DNA from: Podarcis vaucheri
Lineage: Eukaryota
Direction: 5' to 3' (one strand)
Assembly (NCBI GenBank): GCA_965113315.1
Contig: OZ220364.1
Length of the DNA: 64,000 nt
Shown here: in pieces, positions 39,016-50,670 of the stretch
Layout of the letters: the number at the start of each line of letters is the position of its first letter
Numbering within the stretch: the stretch's first letter is position 1
Program-made: the position numbers and the translations under genes
Notes under the pieces: generated by a model
What the model was told of the DNA's origin: nothing
Databases searched by the model: none
The model's input: only the letters and a program-made list of their open reading frames with translations

Positions 39016-39343
39016 GGGCAGCACTGGTGATTGGATGTTTTTATACTATGCTTTTAAAACGTTCTCTGCATTTTTCTTGTTGAATTTCACCCTCGTGGTA
39101 AGCAACAGACATTTTGTGATGGAGAAGCAATTCATAAATTCAGTAAACCAAACCTAACATCACTGAATGCAAACTAGTGTCAGCCTAAGATGAAGTTTGG
39201 AGAGCAAACTTGAAATCCCTACTCTCTCACTCTAATTTACCTCACAGGATTGTTGTGAAGAGAAAATGGGTGGTGGGAGGCTGTCGAGGAGCAGGCTATA
39301 AATGTAACGTGTAAATGTAACACACACATGCAATTACCTAATG

Positions 39344-40043
39344 CAATCAAACCTCGGTTGTCAAACGTAATCAGTTCCGGAAGCCCGTTCAGCTTCCAAA
39401 ACGTTCGACAACCGAATCACAGCTTCCAATTGGTTGCAAGAGCTTCCTGCACTCAGCAGAAGCCACATTGGACGTTCAGCTTCTGAAAAACGTTTGAAAA
39501 CCGGAGCATTTATGTAGGGGTGATCGCTGGGTCCAGAGCAAACTCCCCACCTGCAGGCAGCCTCAGCCTGCCTGCACGCATGACCTTGGGGTGCAGGGCA
39601 CACTCTCCCTCACAGATAAAGCCACAGCTGTCTGAACATCATGCCCTCTGTCTAACCTTTTGCGATCTCAGTAGTCTGCAGTGTCCTGTCTGTGACCTTT
39701 GACTCTGAGATCTTTTGTCTCCTTCGTCATACACTGTGCAAGGGGAAAATGACGCGGTGGAAACAGGTGCTAAAATAACTTTGTACCACCCCACGATCTC
39801 GGGACTGGAAGATGTGTAAAGGTTACAGCCCAAAATGTATCTGCCTGGGTTTGCATATTTGGGTCAATAAAAGGAGGCTCCACAGAGCTGGCTGGCGGCT
39901 TGCCTGCAACTCACCTGTGTGCAGCTCACCTGCATTATCAACTCCTGCCTCATGTCCTTCACTTCACATTTACTTCCAGGGTTTCGGCATTCGGGAGCTG
40001 AATCATTCGAAAACGGAGCCGTTCAGGAGCTGAGGTATGACTG
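39344..40043. mobile_element. Tigger-like MITE interrupted by a solo LTR
   Basis: Ends caatcaaacctc...gaggtatgactg|ta; MITE-like sequence on both sides of 39513-39968. Confidence 0.7.
39513..39968. mobile_element. Solo LTR (456 bp)
   Basis: TG...CA ends with 4-bp TSD TTTA (39509-39512 and 39969-39972). Confidence 0.65.
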
Positions 40044-41233
40044 TATCACATTCTGTTATCAGCATCCTTCATAAGATTAATTGTGCACCATTTGTCCCCT
40101 TCTCTTGCATATCCAGAGTAAAACGGTGGGGTGGAGGGGGTGGACAAAAGAGAGATGCAAAGCACTGGTTGCTAACATAAGACTGGCCGCAAATCCACTT
40201 TGCCTGGCCTCAACCTCCTCAAAACGGCATTTGAAAAGTAGAAAAATAAATCCATAATCAGGAAATGGATTCAACCGGAGTTATAGGACATACATACAGC
40301 ATTTATATGATTGCTTCTTAAAACAATAGTGATAAGAAAAGCAAGGAAAACGAAAGATTTGCAGAACAGAAGAGGCCAACGGGGAAGGAAACCCAAATGT
40401 GCTTGCTTCAAAACACACAAACTGCTTGTGTTGCCGTAACTCCCTGCCTTTGTTTATGCTTTCTTCTGATGTCTCCACCCTGAGTGCTACATCTTGGCAA
40501 CCTCCACTGGGGAAGCCAGCCCCAGGCTGTTGGGTGGGTATCTGATACTCCGAGGCAATGAAAGCGCTGGCCGGTCCAAACATCTGTAGTTTTCCAAGGT
40601 CAGCTATTGTTCAACATATTATAAATAGCCTGATGCTGGCAATAACCCCCACCCCACCCCACCATTGATTTTCCTTTCTAAATGAGAAAACAGTTGTTAT
40701 TCTCCTGAGGTAAGAAACGTGAAAAAAAAGAGACAGATGAGCCTGCCAGCCTGCCTGCCCACAGTGTCCTGTATCCTAAAGGCAAGACCCACCACCATTT
40801 TGTGTTGTCTACAGTGAATCCAAGTGAGCTGTGGAGTTGCCAGGTATAGAAATTTGTGACTTAAAGGCCTATGATGAGGAAGCCTCTGGTACATGAAATA
40901 TGTTCGTACCCAGTTTCAGTCATATTTTTTGAGAGCCTCTCAGGTACCACAAAGGGCCCTGAGTATAGAAATAAAATGCTTATTATCATTAACAGTCTGC
41001 AAAGCCTTAGCCACCAGTATGGACTGTCTTTCAGACTTTGCTTGAATGATGAAAGTAGAATGGTTTAACTTTTGTTAAATGGAATTTGGATGATCTTATG
41101 CACTCATTCCGCTTTGCAGTTCTAAAATATTTCCTTCAAATGCCTTATTTTTTGGCATCATCACATATTTTTGCAGCTATTAAGGCAAAACATAATTAAT
41201 TAAAATCGCTCAGTGATTGACAGTGCAATACAA

Positions 41234-41432
41234 AACGTGCTAAGAGGAAGGCACGCTTGGCAAATCCACACCGTGATCGACTCCCGCCCGGAAACCAATG
41301 TCCCCACTGTGGAAGGACGTGTGGATCCAGAATTAGCCTCCACAGTCACTTATGGACTCATTGTTAAAACCGTGTTTATGGAAGACAATCTTACTCGGCT
41401 ACGAGTGATTGCCAAAGAAGAAGAAGTAGTAG
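41234..41432 (+). mobile_element. RTE LINE 3' end
   Basis: Encodes ...CPHCGRTCGSRISLHSHLWTHC* zinc finger, short UTR, (GAA)n tail; a tiny antisense copy of the same tail lies near 20664-20696. Confidence 0.85.
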
Positions 41433-41814
41433 ACTATATCTGTTAACAAGTGTAGTTCTGGCAATATATGTGATTGACAGTGGGCCACTAAGGCTTAAAT
41501 GGATTTCAGAAAAGCCTAAATAAAAATAATGAAGACCACCTATACGATAGCCTTAGGATAAAAGGCCATCTAGATTGAATTTTGAACTTATCAGGTGACA
41601 ACTGAAGTGTAAAAACTGGGTGACATCCAACCATTGTGATTACCAAAAAGAGCACTGATATTGAAAAAGACCAGAATCATACTGCTGCCGTCCTTAACTG
41701 ACACTTAAACTGATTTTCCACTGTCTGTTCTAATGCAAGATATATTGGGTGTTTGCCATACAGATGCCAAGGGAAGGAGCAACCCTGCTCTGTACCAATA
41801 AGAATAATTTATTA

Positions 41815-42099
41815 AAGGTAAAGGTAAAGGGACCCCGGACCATTAGGTCCAGTCGTGGCCGACTCTGGGGTTGCGGCGCTCATCTCGCTTTACTGGCTGA
41901 GGGAGCCGGCGTACAGCTTCCGGGTCATGTGGCCAGCATGACTAAGCCGCTTCTGGCAAACCAGAGCAGCACACGGAAACGTCGTTTACCTTCCCGCCGG
42001 AGCAGTACCTATTTATCTGCTTGCGGGGAGTCGAACTGCCGACCTTCTGATCGGCAAGTCCTAGGCTCTGTGGTTTAACCCACAGCACCACCCACGCCC
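41815..42099 (-). mobile_element. Sauria SINE with internal deletion
   Basis: SINE head and tail; TSD aataatttatta/aatcatttatta. Confidence 0.9.
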
Positions 42100-43398
42100 A
42101 ATCATTTATTAGTTTACTTTAAAACATTTCTGTACCTTTCTACTCAGGAACATTGTACTTGAAGTGGCTTATAATAAAACAATGCCTCTAGCATTGCCAG
42201 TCCTATGCCAGATAGATATCCCTGGAAAGAAATGTACAGATGTTGATTGCAGCCCCAAAGTGTTCTCTTCAGTGGCTACCTGATCAACCTCTGAAGGAGG
42301 GAGCGCCTGAAGAATACCTACTCAATATATTTGCTTTAAAAGAAATAAATGGGTTATAAATGGATTGTACAATTTTGTTTGCATACTCCCTGCTTCATAG
42401 ACCTAAGCAATGTGGAATTAAATCTGAAGGCTTAATTGCCTCATTTCACTGCAGGGAGCATCAGGGCTGAGCAGGGCATTTAATGACTACCCTGCTCGAT
42501 CATGTGCTCCACAAACGTAATAGGTTGTATCCACGATCCAGACTCCTAATTACAATGAAAATGTGTTAAAAGCCCAAACTGCATCAATTAGAGCATTAGC
42601 TGCTACTATAACCTCAGTGTGCAGCGTGGCTCATTGTGGGCCTCTCACAATCTCTCCGACTCACAAGAGATCTATAATTACAGCACATCCTTACCTTTTA
42701 AGCTTCCTGATGAGATATTTTCTGCTTGGAATGAGCGCCTGCCAACACGCCTCTTGAAATTTCCTGAGGAAGTCGTTAAAGGAGCGCGATGGAAATGGGG
42801 CCAATTTGTAAGGCAAAAGAAATTGTGTTCTTGCTTTCAGAAACGCGGTGGCATCAAAGGAAATTTTAAGAGCCGGATCCCCCCAATGTTCTGCCAACAC
42901 AATTCTCAAAAGAGCAAGCAGGGTGGGGCACGTTCTAAATTAGAGGCATCTGTTCCTATGTGCCTGGGTCAGTTGGGGAAGAGAAAGGGATCAGGCACAC
43001 AGGAAGAAAGCATTTCTATAGAAAATACAGCCGTGACATCTCTTTTACGGATAAGAGACTAAGCAGCAGAGCAAGTCCAAGGAATTTTGCAGGCTGAGGG
43101 GAGAAGGTAAGATGATAAGATGCCCATCTCCCCCACAAATTCCATGTACAGAAACTAGCTGGACTGGCAATTCATCCTTACTTCAAAACTGCCAATGGGA
43201 CAGCATGCTCTCCTGTATCTGAGAGGAGCGTATGGATATAAGAAGGCATCATTTTTCATACTGATCCATGTTCAGCACATGCAGCGCTGTTTCCGTTCTG
43301 CTGCAGGTCAGCTTCCAAGAAAAAAAAATACATTATCCGTCTTGCTGTCCACCGTGGCGGAATTTTACGTAAGTAATTACATAATTAAGTACGGAATA

Positions 43399-43638
43399 CA
43401 GTGGTACCTCAAGTTACAAACGCCTCAGTTTACAAACGCTTCAGGTTACAAACTCTGCTAACCTGGAAGAGTTACCTCGACTTGAGAACTTTGCCCAGGA
43501 TGAGAACGGAAATCATGTGCTAGCGGCGCAGCGGCAGCAAGAGGCCCCATTAGCGAAAGCACGCCTCTAGTTAAGAACAGTTTCAGGTTAAGAACGGATC
43601 TCCGGAATGAATTAAGTTCATATCTAGAGGTACCACTG
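43399..43638 (-). mobile_element. Tigger/pogo-like MITE
   Basis: TA|CAGTGGTACCTC...GAGGTACCACTG|TA. Confidence 0.9.
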
Positions 43639-44194
43639 TAATTACGTTGTTCCACAACATTGCTTTCAACGAAAAGCCATTCACTTCAATGCAAAGAAAA
43701 CACAATGCAAATGTGGGGAGAGGACTGAAAACAGCATCCACTGTGAATATTGACCGTGTTCACTGGACTGAATTCCATTGCAGACATGGGACAAATAAGC
43801 CAATGTTGGCAAATTTTGATCCCGTTTCTGTTTCCAGAGGAATTCTCCCAAAACCCATAGAGCAGCAAACTATTTTAAGGAGTACATTGTGTGTGGCACA
43901 TACTGCTCTGTCCTCAACACTGTGCCACTATTCCACAAACACAGCCAGCATCTATAATCCACCAAAGTCATTTATCACATATAACAGCTGCCTCATTCTG
44001 TCTAAAGCCTGAGCCACTGGGCCAGCCCTCCTGAGCAGATGTGATGGTGATGGCAAAGAAGGATCTCTTGAAAAGGCTATAAATGTTCTTTAAACTGTTT
44101 GATTGGATTAGTCATGTCCTAACTACCTCACTGCTTGTAGGAAAGGATGGTCTCAGAAGGTTGTAGACTCTGCTTAAGAACCTCCAGTGAAGAA

Positions 44195-44297
44195 GAGGCT
44201 GGATGGCCATCTGTCATGGATGCTTCAGTTGAGATTCCTGCATTGCAGGGCTTGGATTGGATGACCCTTGGAGACCCTTCCAGCTCTGTGATTCTAG
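44195..44297 (+). mobile_element. CR1 3' end fragment, followed by an old tRNA-derived SINE (about 44296-44480)
   Basis: Matches the CR1 3' UTR at about 57280-57387. Confidence 0.7.
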
Positions 44298-45534
44298 TGG
44301 TTAGAAGATGAGATTAGGACCAGGAAGACAAGAGTTGATATCCCTCCTCAACCATGAATCTCATTGTGTAACCTTGAGCCAATCACCATCCCTCAGCTTA
44401 ATCTACCTCACATGGTGGTTGTGAGGATGAAAGGGGGAGGAAGCATGTCACCTTGAACTCCATGTAGGTGAGTATAAACTTTTACTGATGAAAATTAAAA
44501 TAAAATAATAAAATAAATTCCCCTAAGAAGAAGCTTGATCTCTGGCTAGCTTACCACTCTTCAGCATAATTAAGTCCGTCATGATATTAACACGTATTTT
44601 CGTTTTAGGCAGGCTAAATCATTTTGATTACTGACACAGCACTCCCTGCCGAGAATCCTAGCAAAAGTAAATTTCTGCATAGGTGTACACCACACATTTC
44701 ATTAAAGTGTGCATCCAGGGAATTCCACCCCCCAATATTTATTGAGTACATAATTATGAAAGGACATCATTTTTATTCATCAGACTAATGAAACAAAAGC
44801 TTCACTATTTTTTTTAAATTAACAACCAAACTTTACTTTAAAAATACAAGCTTAAAAAGTGAGACACAAAATACCTTTTCTTTTCTTTTCTTTTCTTTTC
44901 TTTTGCTGCAGTGATAACCAAGAGTATGGAAAGATGCATTAAATTTTCATGATCTTTATTTTTAACCAGATAATGAGCTAACCCAAATTGACCAAAACTC
45001 ATTATGGTTCCTATATCCTCCTGCTCTGAAATATGAGACTTCACTCACCAGGTGTTATGGACTTAAATTCCTCAAGCACATCATTGTAATTAACTGACGA
45101 AGCCAATTCTTGTTCAATGTACAAAATCAAGAGTGAGTTGGGAGGCTGCTGGGACATGGCACTTCTTAGTTTGGTTTTTTACATGTCCTAGCTTTGAAAA
45201 GGCTCTTTCACATGAACGGCCTGCAACAAATAAAACTGCAAAGCACTGAATAGATTTGTAAAAGGCCTGGAATATGGAAGACCAATCTGATTCCTTTTAG
45301 CCAATCCAGCCACACTCTGGTGGTGTTTGTCATGCTACTTTAGGAACAAACCCATCATAACCCCAAAGCAAATACATCACTCTCTTAGTGCATTCTACAC
45401 AATGATGCTATTCTAGTCTAAGTTTATCCAATAACTTTCCCTTTCTTAAACCTTTTATTCTCCTGTTCACTTGGATAGACACCCATGTGCTTAAATTGTT
45501 GTGCCATTCAGCTATGGGAAGAGGAGGAGGAATT

Positions 45535-45749
45535 TGGATTTGATATCCTACTTTATCACTACCCAAAGGAGTCTCAAAGCGGCTAACAATCTCCTTTCCC
45601 TTCCTCCCCCACAACAAACACTCTGTGAGGTGAGTGGGGCTGAAAGACTTCAAAGAAGTGTGACTAGCCCAAGGTCACCCAGCAGCTGCATGTGGAGGAG
45701 CAGAGATTACGAGTCTACCACTCTTAACCACTACACCACACTGGCTCTC
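45535..45749 (-). mobile_element. tRNA-derived SINE with L2-like tail (older relatives near 28757, 31145, 39200)
   Basis: Minus strand gagagccagtgtggtgtagtggttaagagt...ctgggtgaccttgggctagtcac...cacctcacagagtgtttgttgtggggg. Confidence 0.75.
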
Positions 45750-46900
45750 ACACAGGGGAGCAACTAGTTACATCAAGGCGATCATTCCAGGGGTGCTCAA
45801 CTAGATATTTACTGAGACATGAATAAGCATCATTGCTTTGGAAGTGATACATGACAGGAAGCATTTTCTTCAAAGGGACATTTGACCTATAATGAAGCAT
45901 GAAGCAATTTGATGCAAATACAAATAGGAGTAAGAGTTAGACTGCAATGCTAGCCACACTTACCAGGGGTAAGTCTCAATGAAGAGAGTAAGATTCATTT
46001 CCGAATATAAATGCACAGGATTATGCTCCAAGGTTGAACTATATTACAGAGCCCCTATTTGTAAGAATCAATAGGGCCCAGAGAACATTTTCTCCTTCAG
46101 TCTGTTTTGAATCTCTCATCTAGAAAGAGAGCTGGCTTCATAATTGCTCACTGGTTATGTTAATATCCTATATGGTATTTACAATGAGTGTTCCATTATT
46201 AACATTTTAAAGAGTTTGGAAATGCTGTTCTGACAAATTAAATTTGTGCTGGCATTCAATGATTTTTCTAAAGAATCATTAGATACGTTTCACTGCACAT
46301 TTTTAGAGGACTGGGAAAAATAAAATGAAATTTGCAGGAGAAATTAAGACACAATACAGGCTCCTTTATTAAATCACATGGTACCTGGTTTAGGAACTGA
46401 CAACGCTAATTTGTCTAACATTTCTCTTTCGGCTGCCTAATCATTATAGAAACTTTTCAAAGGCTCTATTAGTAGACAGGAATGTCAAGTTCCTTTTTTT
46501 AATTCCTCTAATTTTCTCTTATGAATTTATATTTACCCAGGGAAGAATTTGTAAAGGTTTTTTAACCACTAATCACATGCTCCAATATTTGTGACATTTG
46601 ACTGGCATAATGCATTACTGAAATGCTCTTACTAATATAGGTGGTTGAAGTAGATCAGAGTGCAAGAAAAGGAGGCCTATGGTCCTCCAGAAGTTGTTAG
46701 ACTCCAACTCCCATCATCCCCAAGATGCATGGTCAATGGGCAGAGATGAAGGGAGAACATCTGGTTCTGCAAGCCTGATTAATAAATGGTACCTTCCCCT
46801 TAGAAGGATAACGGGTATTGCTGTTAGCTTACATTTCAGACACAGATTAAGAACTTGCTCACACAATGGCCTGAGCTACAAGTGTGAGAGCATTCTACTA

Positions 46901-47131
46901 CAGTGGTACCTCTGGTTACGTACTTAATTCGTTCTGGGGGTCCGTTCTTAACCTGAAACTGTTCTTAACCTAAAGCACCACTTTAGCTAATGGGGCCTCC
47001 CGCTGCTGCTGCTGTGCCACCGCAGCGCGATTTCTGTTCTCATCCTGAAGCAAAGTTCTATTTCTGGGTTAGCGGAGTCTGTAACCTGAAGCGTATGTAA
47101 CCTGAAGCGTATGTAACCCGAGGTACCACTG
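46901..47131 (+). mobile_element. Tigger/pogo-like MITE
   Basis: CAGTGGTACCTC...GAGGTACCACTG TIRs; same family as 23596-23834. Confidence 0.9.
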
Positions 47132-47803
47132 AACTGACCATTAATACCAGAATGCCTTCCCATTCCAGTCCCATTAACCTCTAACCATAGATTAACCCTT
47201 GTCTTGGCTCGCCTGTCTCTTTCTGCTTCTCAGTGCTGAAAATTATAGGGTTTGGGTTACCGTAATCATTGTATACGTGACTTTGACTTCGGACTGCAGC
47301 AAAACTATTGGGGATATTTTATTTCAACAATCTGTGGAAGTACCATGCACAATTGGGTCTAAACCTTTTTTTTAAAAAAGGGTGTTTGACTTAGTTCTAG
47401 TCCAAGGAGAGTTGGTGTTAAATCTTGGCATCATCTCTGTGCTTTGCCTCCACAAAAGGTCCAAATATGCAGGAAAGCACTGCAACCAAGGTGATTTTCT
47501 AACCCCATCGAGATAATTGCATTTAGTTTTATGTCTTCACTCTTCTTCTGAGAAAGCACAGACCTTCTGACTCTAGAAATTGCAAATAACAAATTTTAAA
47601 AATGAAAGGGCATTAAAGGACAATTCTCCTTTAAGAGACCACATAAGCCCGTGAAGTTCCAAAGGTAATTGTGAAATGTAGTCCAAAGGAACATTCCTAA
47701 TTACACTTGGCATTTCAGATTAGCTGACTCTTGCTAAACAAATGACATAATTTGTGGCAATGGCTGTAAAACGTTGACTGTAAACAAAAGCGCATTATGC
47801 TTT

Positions 47804-48228
47804 TTTGCGTGTTGAGTCCCACAAAGCCACCCTCACCAAAAAAGACACACTTCACGCATAATTTTTGTTTAAGGTTTTTGGCATAATTTTGGCCACAACT
47901 TTATTCAATACAAAATATGTGAGTGGTTGCTTAGGCATTGGTTATGACTATCTGTCCATGCCCAGGGACAGTGCTGACTTCCGGATTCCAGCGGAAGCCA
48001 GCTTGGGAAACAAGTATTGGGTGAGAAAATATGAAGCTGGGTAACAGTCCCTCACTTCTCACCCTCATGTTCCTGTGGGGCTTACCCGGCCCGAGTCCGA
48101 CTCCGGGGACAAGGACGAAAGGATGGTAAGCCCCTGGATTCCTTTACGGAATTCCCATTCCGCACACCATTTGGAGGGGTAGGCACTTACCCCTCCTTCC
48201 ACCAATTTTAACCAATGCCTAACCGCCA
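47804..48228 (-). repeat. Ngaro repeat B2 (425 bp)
   Basis: No differences seen from 48623-49047; minus-strand AATAAA at 47900-47905. Confidence 0.96.
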
Positions 48229-48406
48229 ACCTTACAAGTTGTGACTATTTGCTACGCAGTAGGCGAAACCCAAATGGCACCAGCCAATCCGCCAAATGGT
48301 AAATTCCTACCAGGCCCCCGCACCAAGGCGGACGACCCCTAGACAGGCATAGCAAGGTCAAGCGAACCAGCAGAAACCCCCCCTTCATTAAAGGGAGGGT
48401 GGGCGG

Positions 48407-48625
48407 GTGATCCGTTGCAGAAGCCGAGAGGACGCTCTAGTGCTAGGCATCCTACATTTATAAGCTCGGCTCCCTCCTCCAAATTTTGCAACATCCAAAA
48501 ATCCCCAGCAACCCAAATTAACCCCTTACTGGCTTGGATTCCAAAATCTGCCCAGCAACGACAGGGTGGCTTATATTTTCCCAACCGCAACACGTGCTCT
48601 CATTTTTTAAAGGAGAACACGATTT
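48407..48625 (-). repeat. Ngaro repeat A2 (219 bp)
   Basis: No differences seen from 55073-55291. Confidence 0.96.
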
Positions 48626-49047
48626 GCGTGTTGAGTCCCACAAAGCCACCCTCACCAAAAAAGACACACTTCACGCATAATTTTTGTTTAAGGTTTTTGG
48701 CATAATTTTGGCCACAACTTTATTCAATACAAAATATGTGAGTGGTTGCTTAGGCATTGGTTATGACTATCTGTCCATGCCCAGGGACAGTGCTGACTTC
48801 CGGATTCCAGCGGAAGCCAGCTTGGGAAACAAGTATTGGGTGAGAAAATATGAAGCTGGGTAACAGTCCCTCACTTCTCACCCTCATGTTCCTGTGGGGC
48901 TTACCCGGCCCGAGTCCGACTCCGGGGACAAGGACGAAAGGATGGTAAGCCCCTGGATTCCTTTACGGAATTCCCATTCCGCACACCATTTGGAGGGGTA
49001 GGCACTTACCCCTCCTTCCACCAATTTTAACCAATGCCTAACCGCCA
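48623..49047 (-). repeat. Ngaro repeat B1 (425 bp)
   Basis: Direct repeat of 47804-48228 at offset 819. Confidence 0.96.
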
Positions 49048-49076
49048 TGGAGCCATGAGCTCCCCCGCCAAACCAC

Positions 49077-49691
49077 TCACAATCCCAGCCAAGTCCTTAA
49101 CTTAGCCACCACTGCACCCAGCCACGCCTTGTTCCCTAAGGTCGAAAGGTGCACACCATCATCCCTAAAGAGAGATGCATCCTGAAAACGAATCTCCGGA
49201 TGTGCAATCACATCACCTCCCAGCTCAAAAATCTTTTTGGAGACCGCGGCATTAATCCGCTTTCTGGCTCTTTCTGTGGCACTCGGGCAAAGACTGCCCC
49301 TCCAAACCCGTCGTTGTAAAAACTTAGACCAGAATATCTTTGCTGTCGGCACCATTGCTCTCAGCACCTCCAGGTCGCTCAAAATTGTAGCACGTAAAGA
49401 TAAACAGTCCATGGACACCATGTCGTTCTCACCCAGCTGAATCACAATGGCTGTGGGCGGCCGTTCCACACCCAACTGCCTCCTCATCAGTGGCAGGAAC
49501 TCCGGCCATAACATTCCCCTTCTGGTCAGCCAAGAAACTTGTACGTGTGTAGGCAGACCGAGACCTGGTCCCAGTCCAAACTGCCGAGCCTCAACGCCAG
49601 CCCAATGCACGATGCTGTGCCCCACCATCCAGATGCGGACAGCCGCTAAACCTGAGGTAGATAAACAAACATAAGAGATGTTAACGGACAT
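49077..49691 (-). CDS. SGNH/GDSL hydrolase of the Ngaro element
   Basis: Block I WMVGHS, block II RRGM, block III QLGEND, block V DGVH. Confidence 0.88.
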   Translation of the reverse strand: MSVNISYVCLSTSGLAAVRIWMVGHSIVHWAGVEARQFGLGPGLGLPTHVQVSWLTRRGMLWPEFLPLMRRQLGVERPPTAIVIQLGENDMVSMDCLSLRATILSDLEVLRAMVPTAKIFWSKFLQRRVWRGSLCPSATERARKRINAAVSKKIFELGGDVIAHPEIRFQDASLFRDDGVHLSTLGNKAWLGAVVAKLRTWLGL

Positions 49692-50670
49692 AGCCTCTAA
49701 AGGCGTCAGATTTCCAGCGGCCCAAGTTCTTTATTCTATTGGCTGACAGTCCCCAGTGCGCTGCTGTCGTGGCAGCTCCAATCCTAAAAGAATGTGGGGC
49801 GAAATCATGTGCGGAGCCACCACTAGCCTTAATGGCCTTTCGCATCACCATTGTAAACTGACGTCTGGACAGAGGCAAACCGTTCTCATGCCTCAACAGA
49901 GGACCGTCCCCTGGATTTCGGACGGCAAGGTACCTCCTAACATCCTTGACCGGGCAAGGTCCTGCCTCCCCTGTAGCCGGAAGCCTAATAAGGGCTCCCC
50001 TGCCTTTTTGGTCCGTTTTAGAATTCCTAATTGTAAGTCTCAGCTCCGTCAAAGATAGCTGTACGTCCTGGAGCAACAAACCCCTAGAACGGCCGTCCCT
50101 GTGAGCTTCCAGCACAAGCTCACCAACCCTTAGGGCTCCAAAAAAGGCAATGGAAAAAGCCGCAGAAAAAAGGCGAGCCTCATACCCTGACCAGCAAAGC
50201 TTCCTCAACTCCTTGCGCATCTTACTTAATAGGTCAAAGGAGATCGGGTGCCTAGCGGCTGGTTGAGAAGGACAAATCCTACCCCACCCTTCAAGGGCCT
50301 TGCGCACCACAAACTTCGCGCAAGGATCCTTGTCGAATAGAGATTTACAGAAAAAGGCAATGGCGGCTGCCTGGATCCGTATGGTCTTAGGCGCACGTCC
50401 CAATTGGAACAGGTGCGCCAGATACCTTAGCACCTGTGATGAGGAAGGAGAAGCCCTCATCTCTTTCCCTACCGACTGATATGTAAAGGCCAGAAAATCA
50501 GTCCACGCTTTGGTGTACGACCTGAGGGTAGAAGAGGAAACAGAAGCAGCTACTCCCTGAAAAACTAATTCCTGCCAAGGTTCCAGAGATGATCCGGGAA
50601 ATATTCCGGACGTAACCGAGCCTCTGGAACCAGGAGTCTGAACCGCTCCATCTGAAAACGGGACAGAGCA
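49681..50670 (-). CDS. Tyrosine recombinase (frame open to 50670; first ATG only at 50460)
   Basis: ALRVGEL, SKTDQ, HSFRIG, GRW...Y; upstream in-frame SVSSSTLRSYTKAWTDF looks like the N-terminal binding domain. Confidence 0.95.
   Translation of the reverse strand, partial: CSVPFSDGAVQTPGSRGSVTSGIFPGSSLEPWQELVFQGVAASVSSSTLRSYTKAWTDFLAFTYQSVGKEMRASPSSSQVLRYLAHLFQLGRAPKTIRIQAAAIAFFCKSLFDKDPCAKFVVRKALEGWGRICPSQPAARHPISFDLLSKMRKELRKLCWSGYEARLFSAAFSIAFFGALRVGELVLEAHRDGRSRGLLLQDVQLSLTELRLTIRNSKTDQKGRGALIRLPATGEAGPCPVKDVRRYLAVRNPGDGPLLRHENGLPLSRRQFTMVMRKAIKASGGSAHDFAPHSFRIGAATTAAHWGLSANRIKNLGRWKSDAFRGYVR

Noticed and set aside
48087-48124. Hammerhead-ribozyme-like GAGTCC...GGACGAAA in the Ngaro B repeat
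   Set aside because: The CUGANGA core is absent, and the motif is antisense to the element transcript.
49681-50460. Phage integrase or bacterial contamination
   Set aside because: The YR lies with RT/RNaseH and gag inside Ngaro split repeats, contiguous with lizard repeats.
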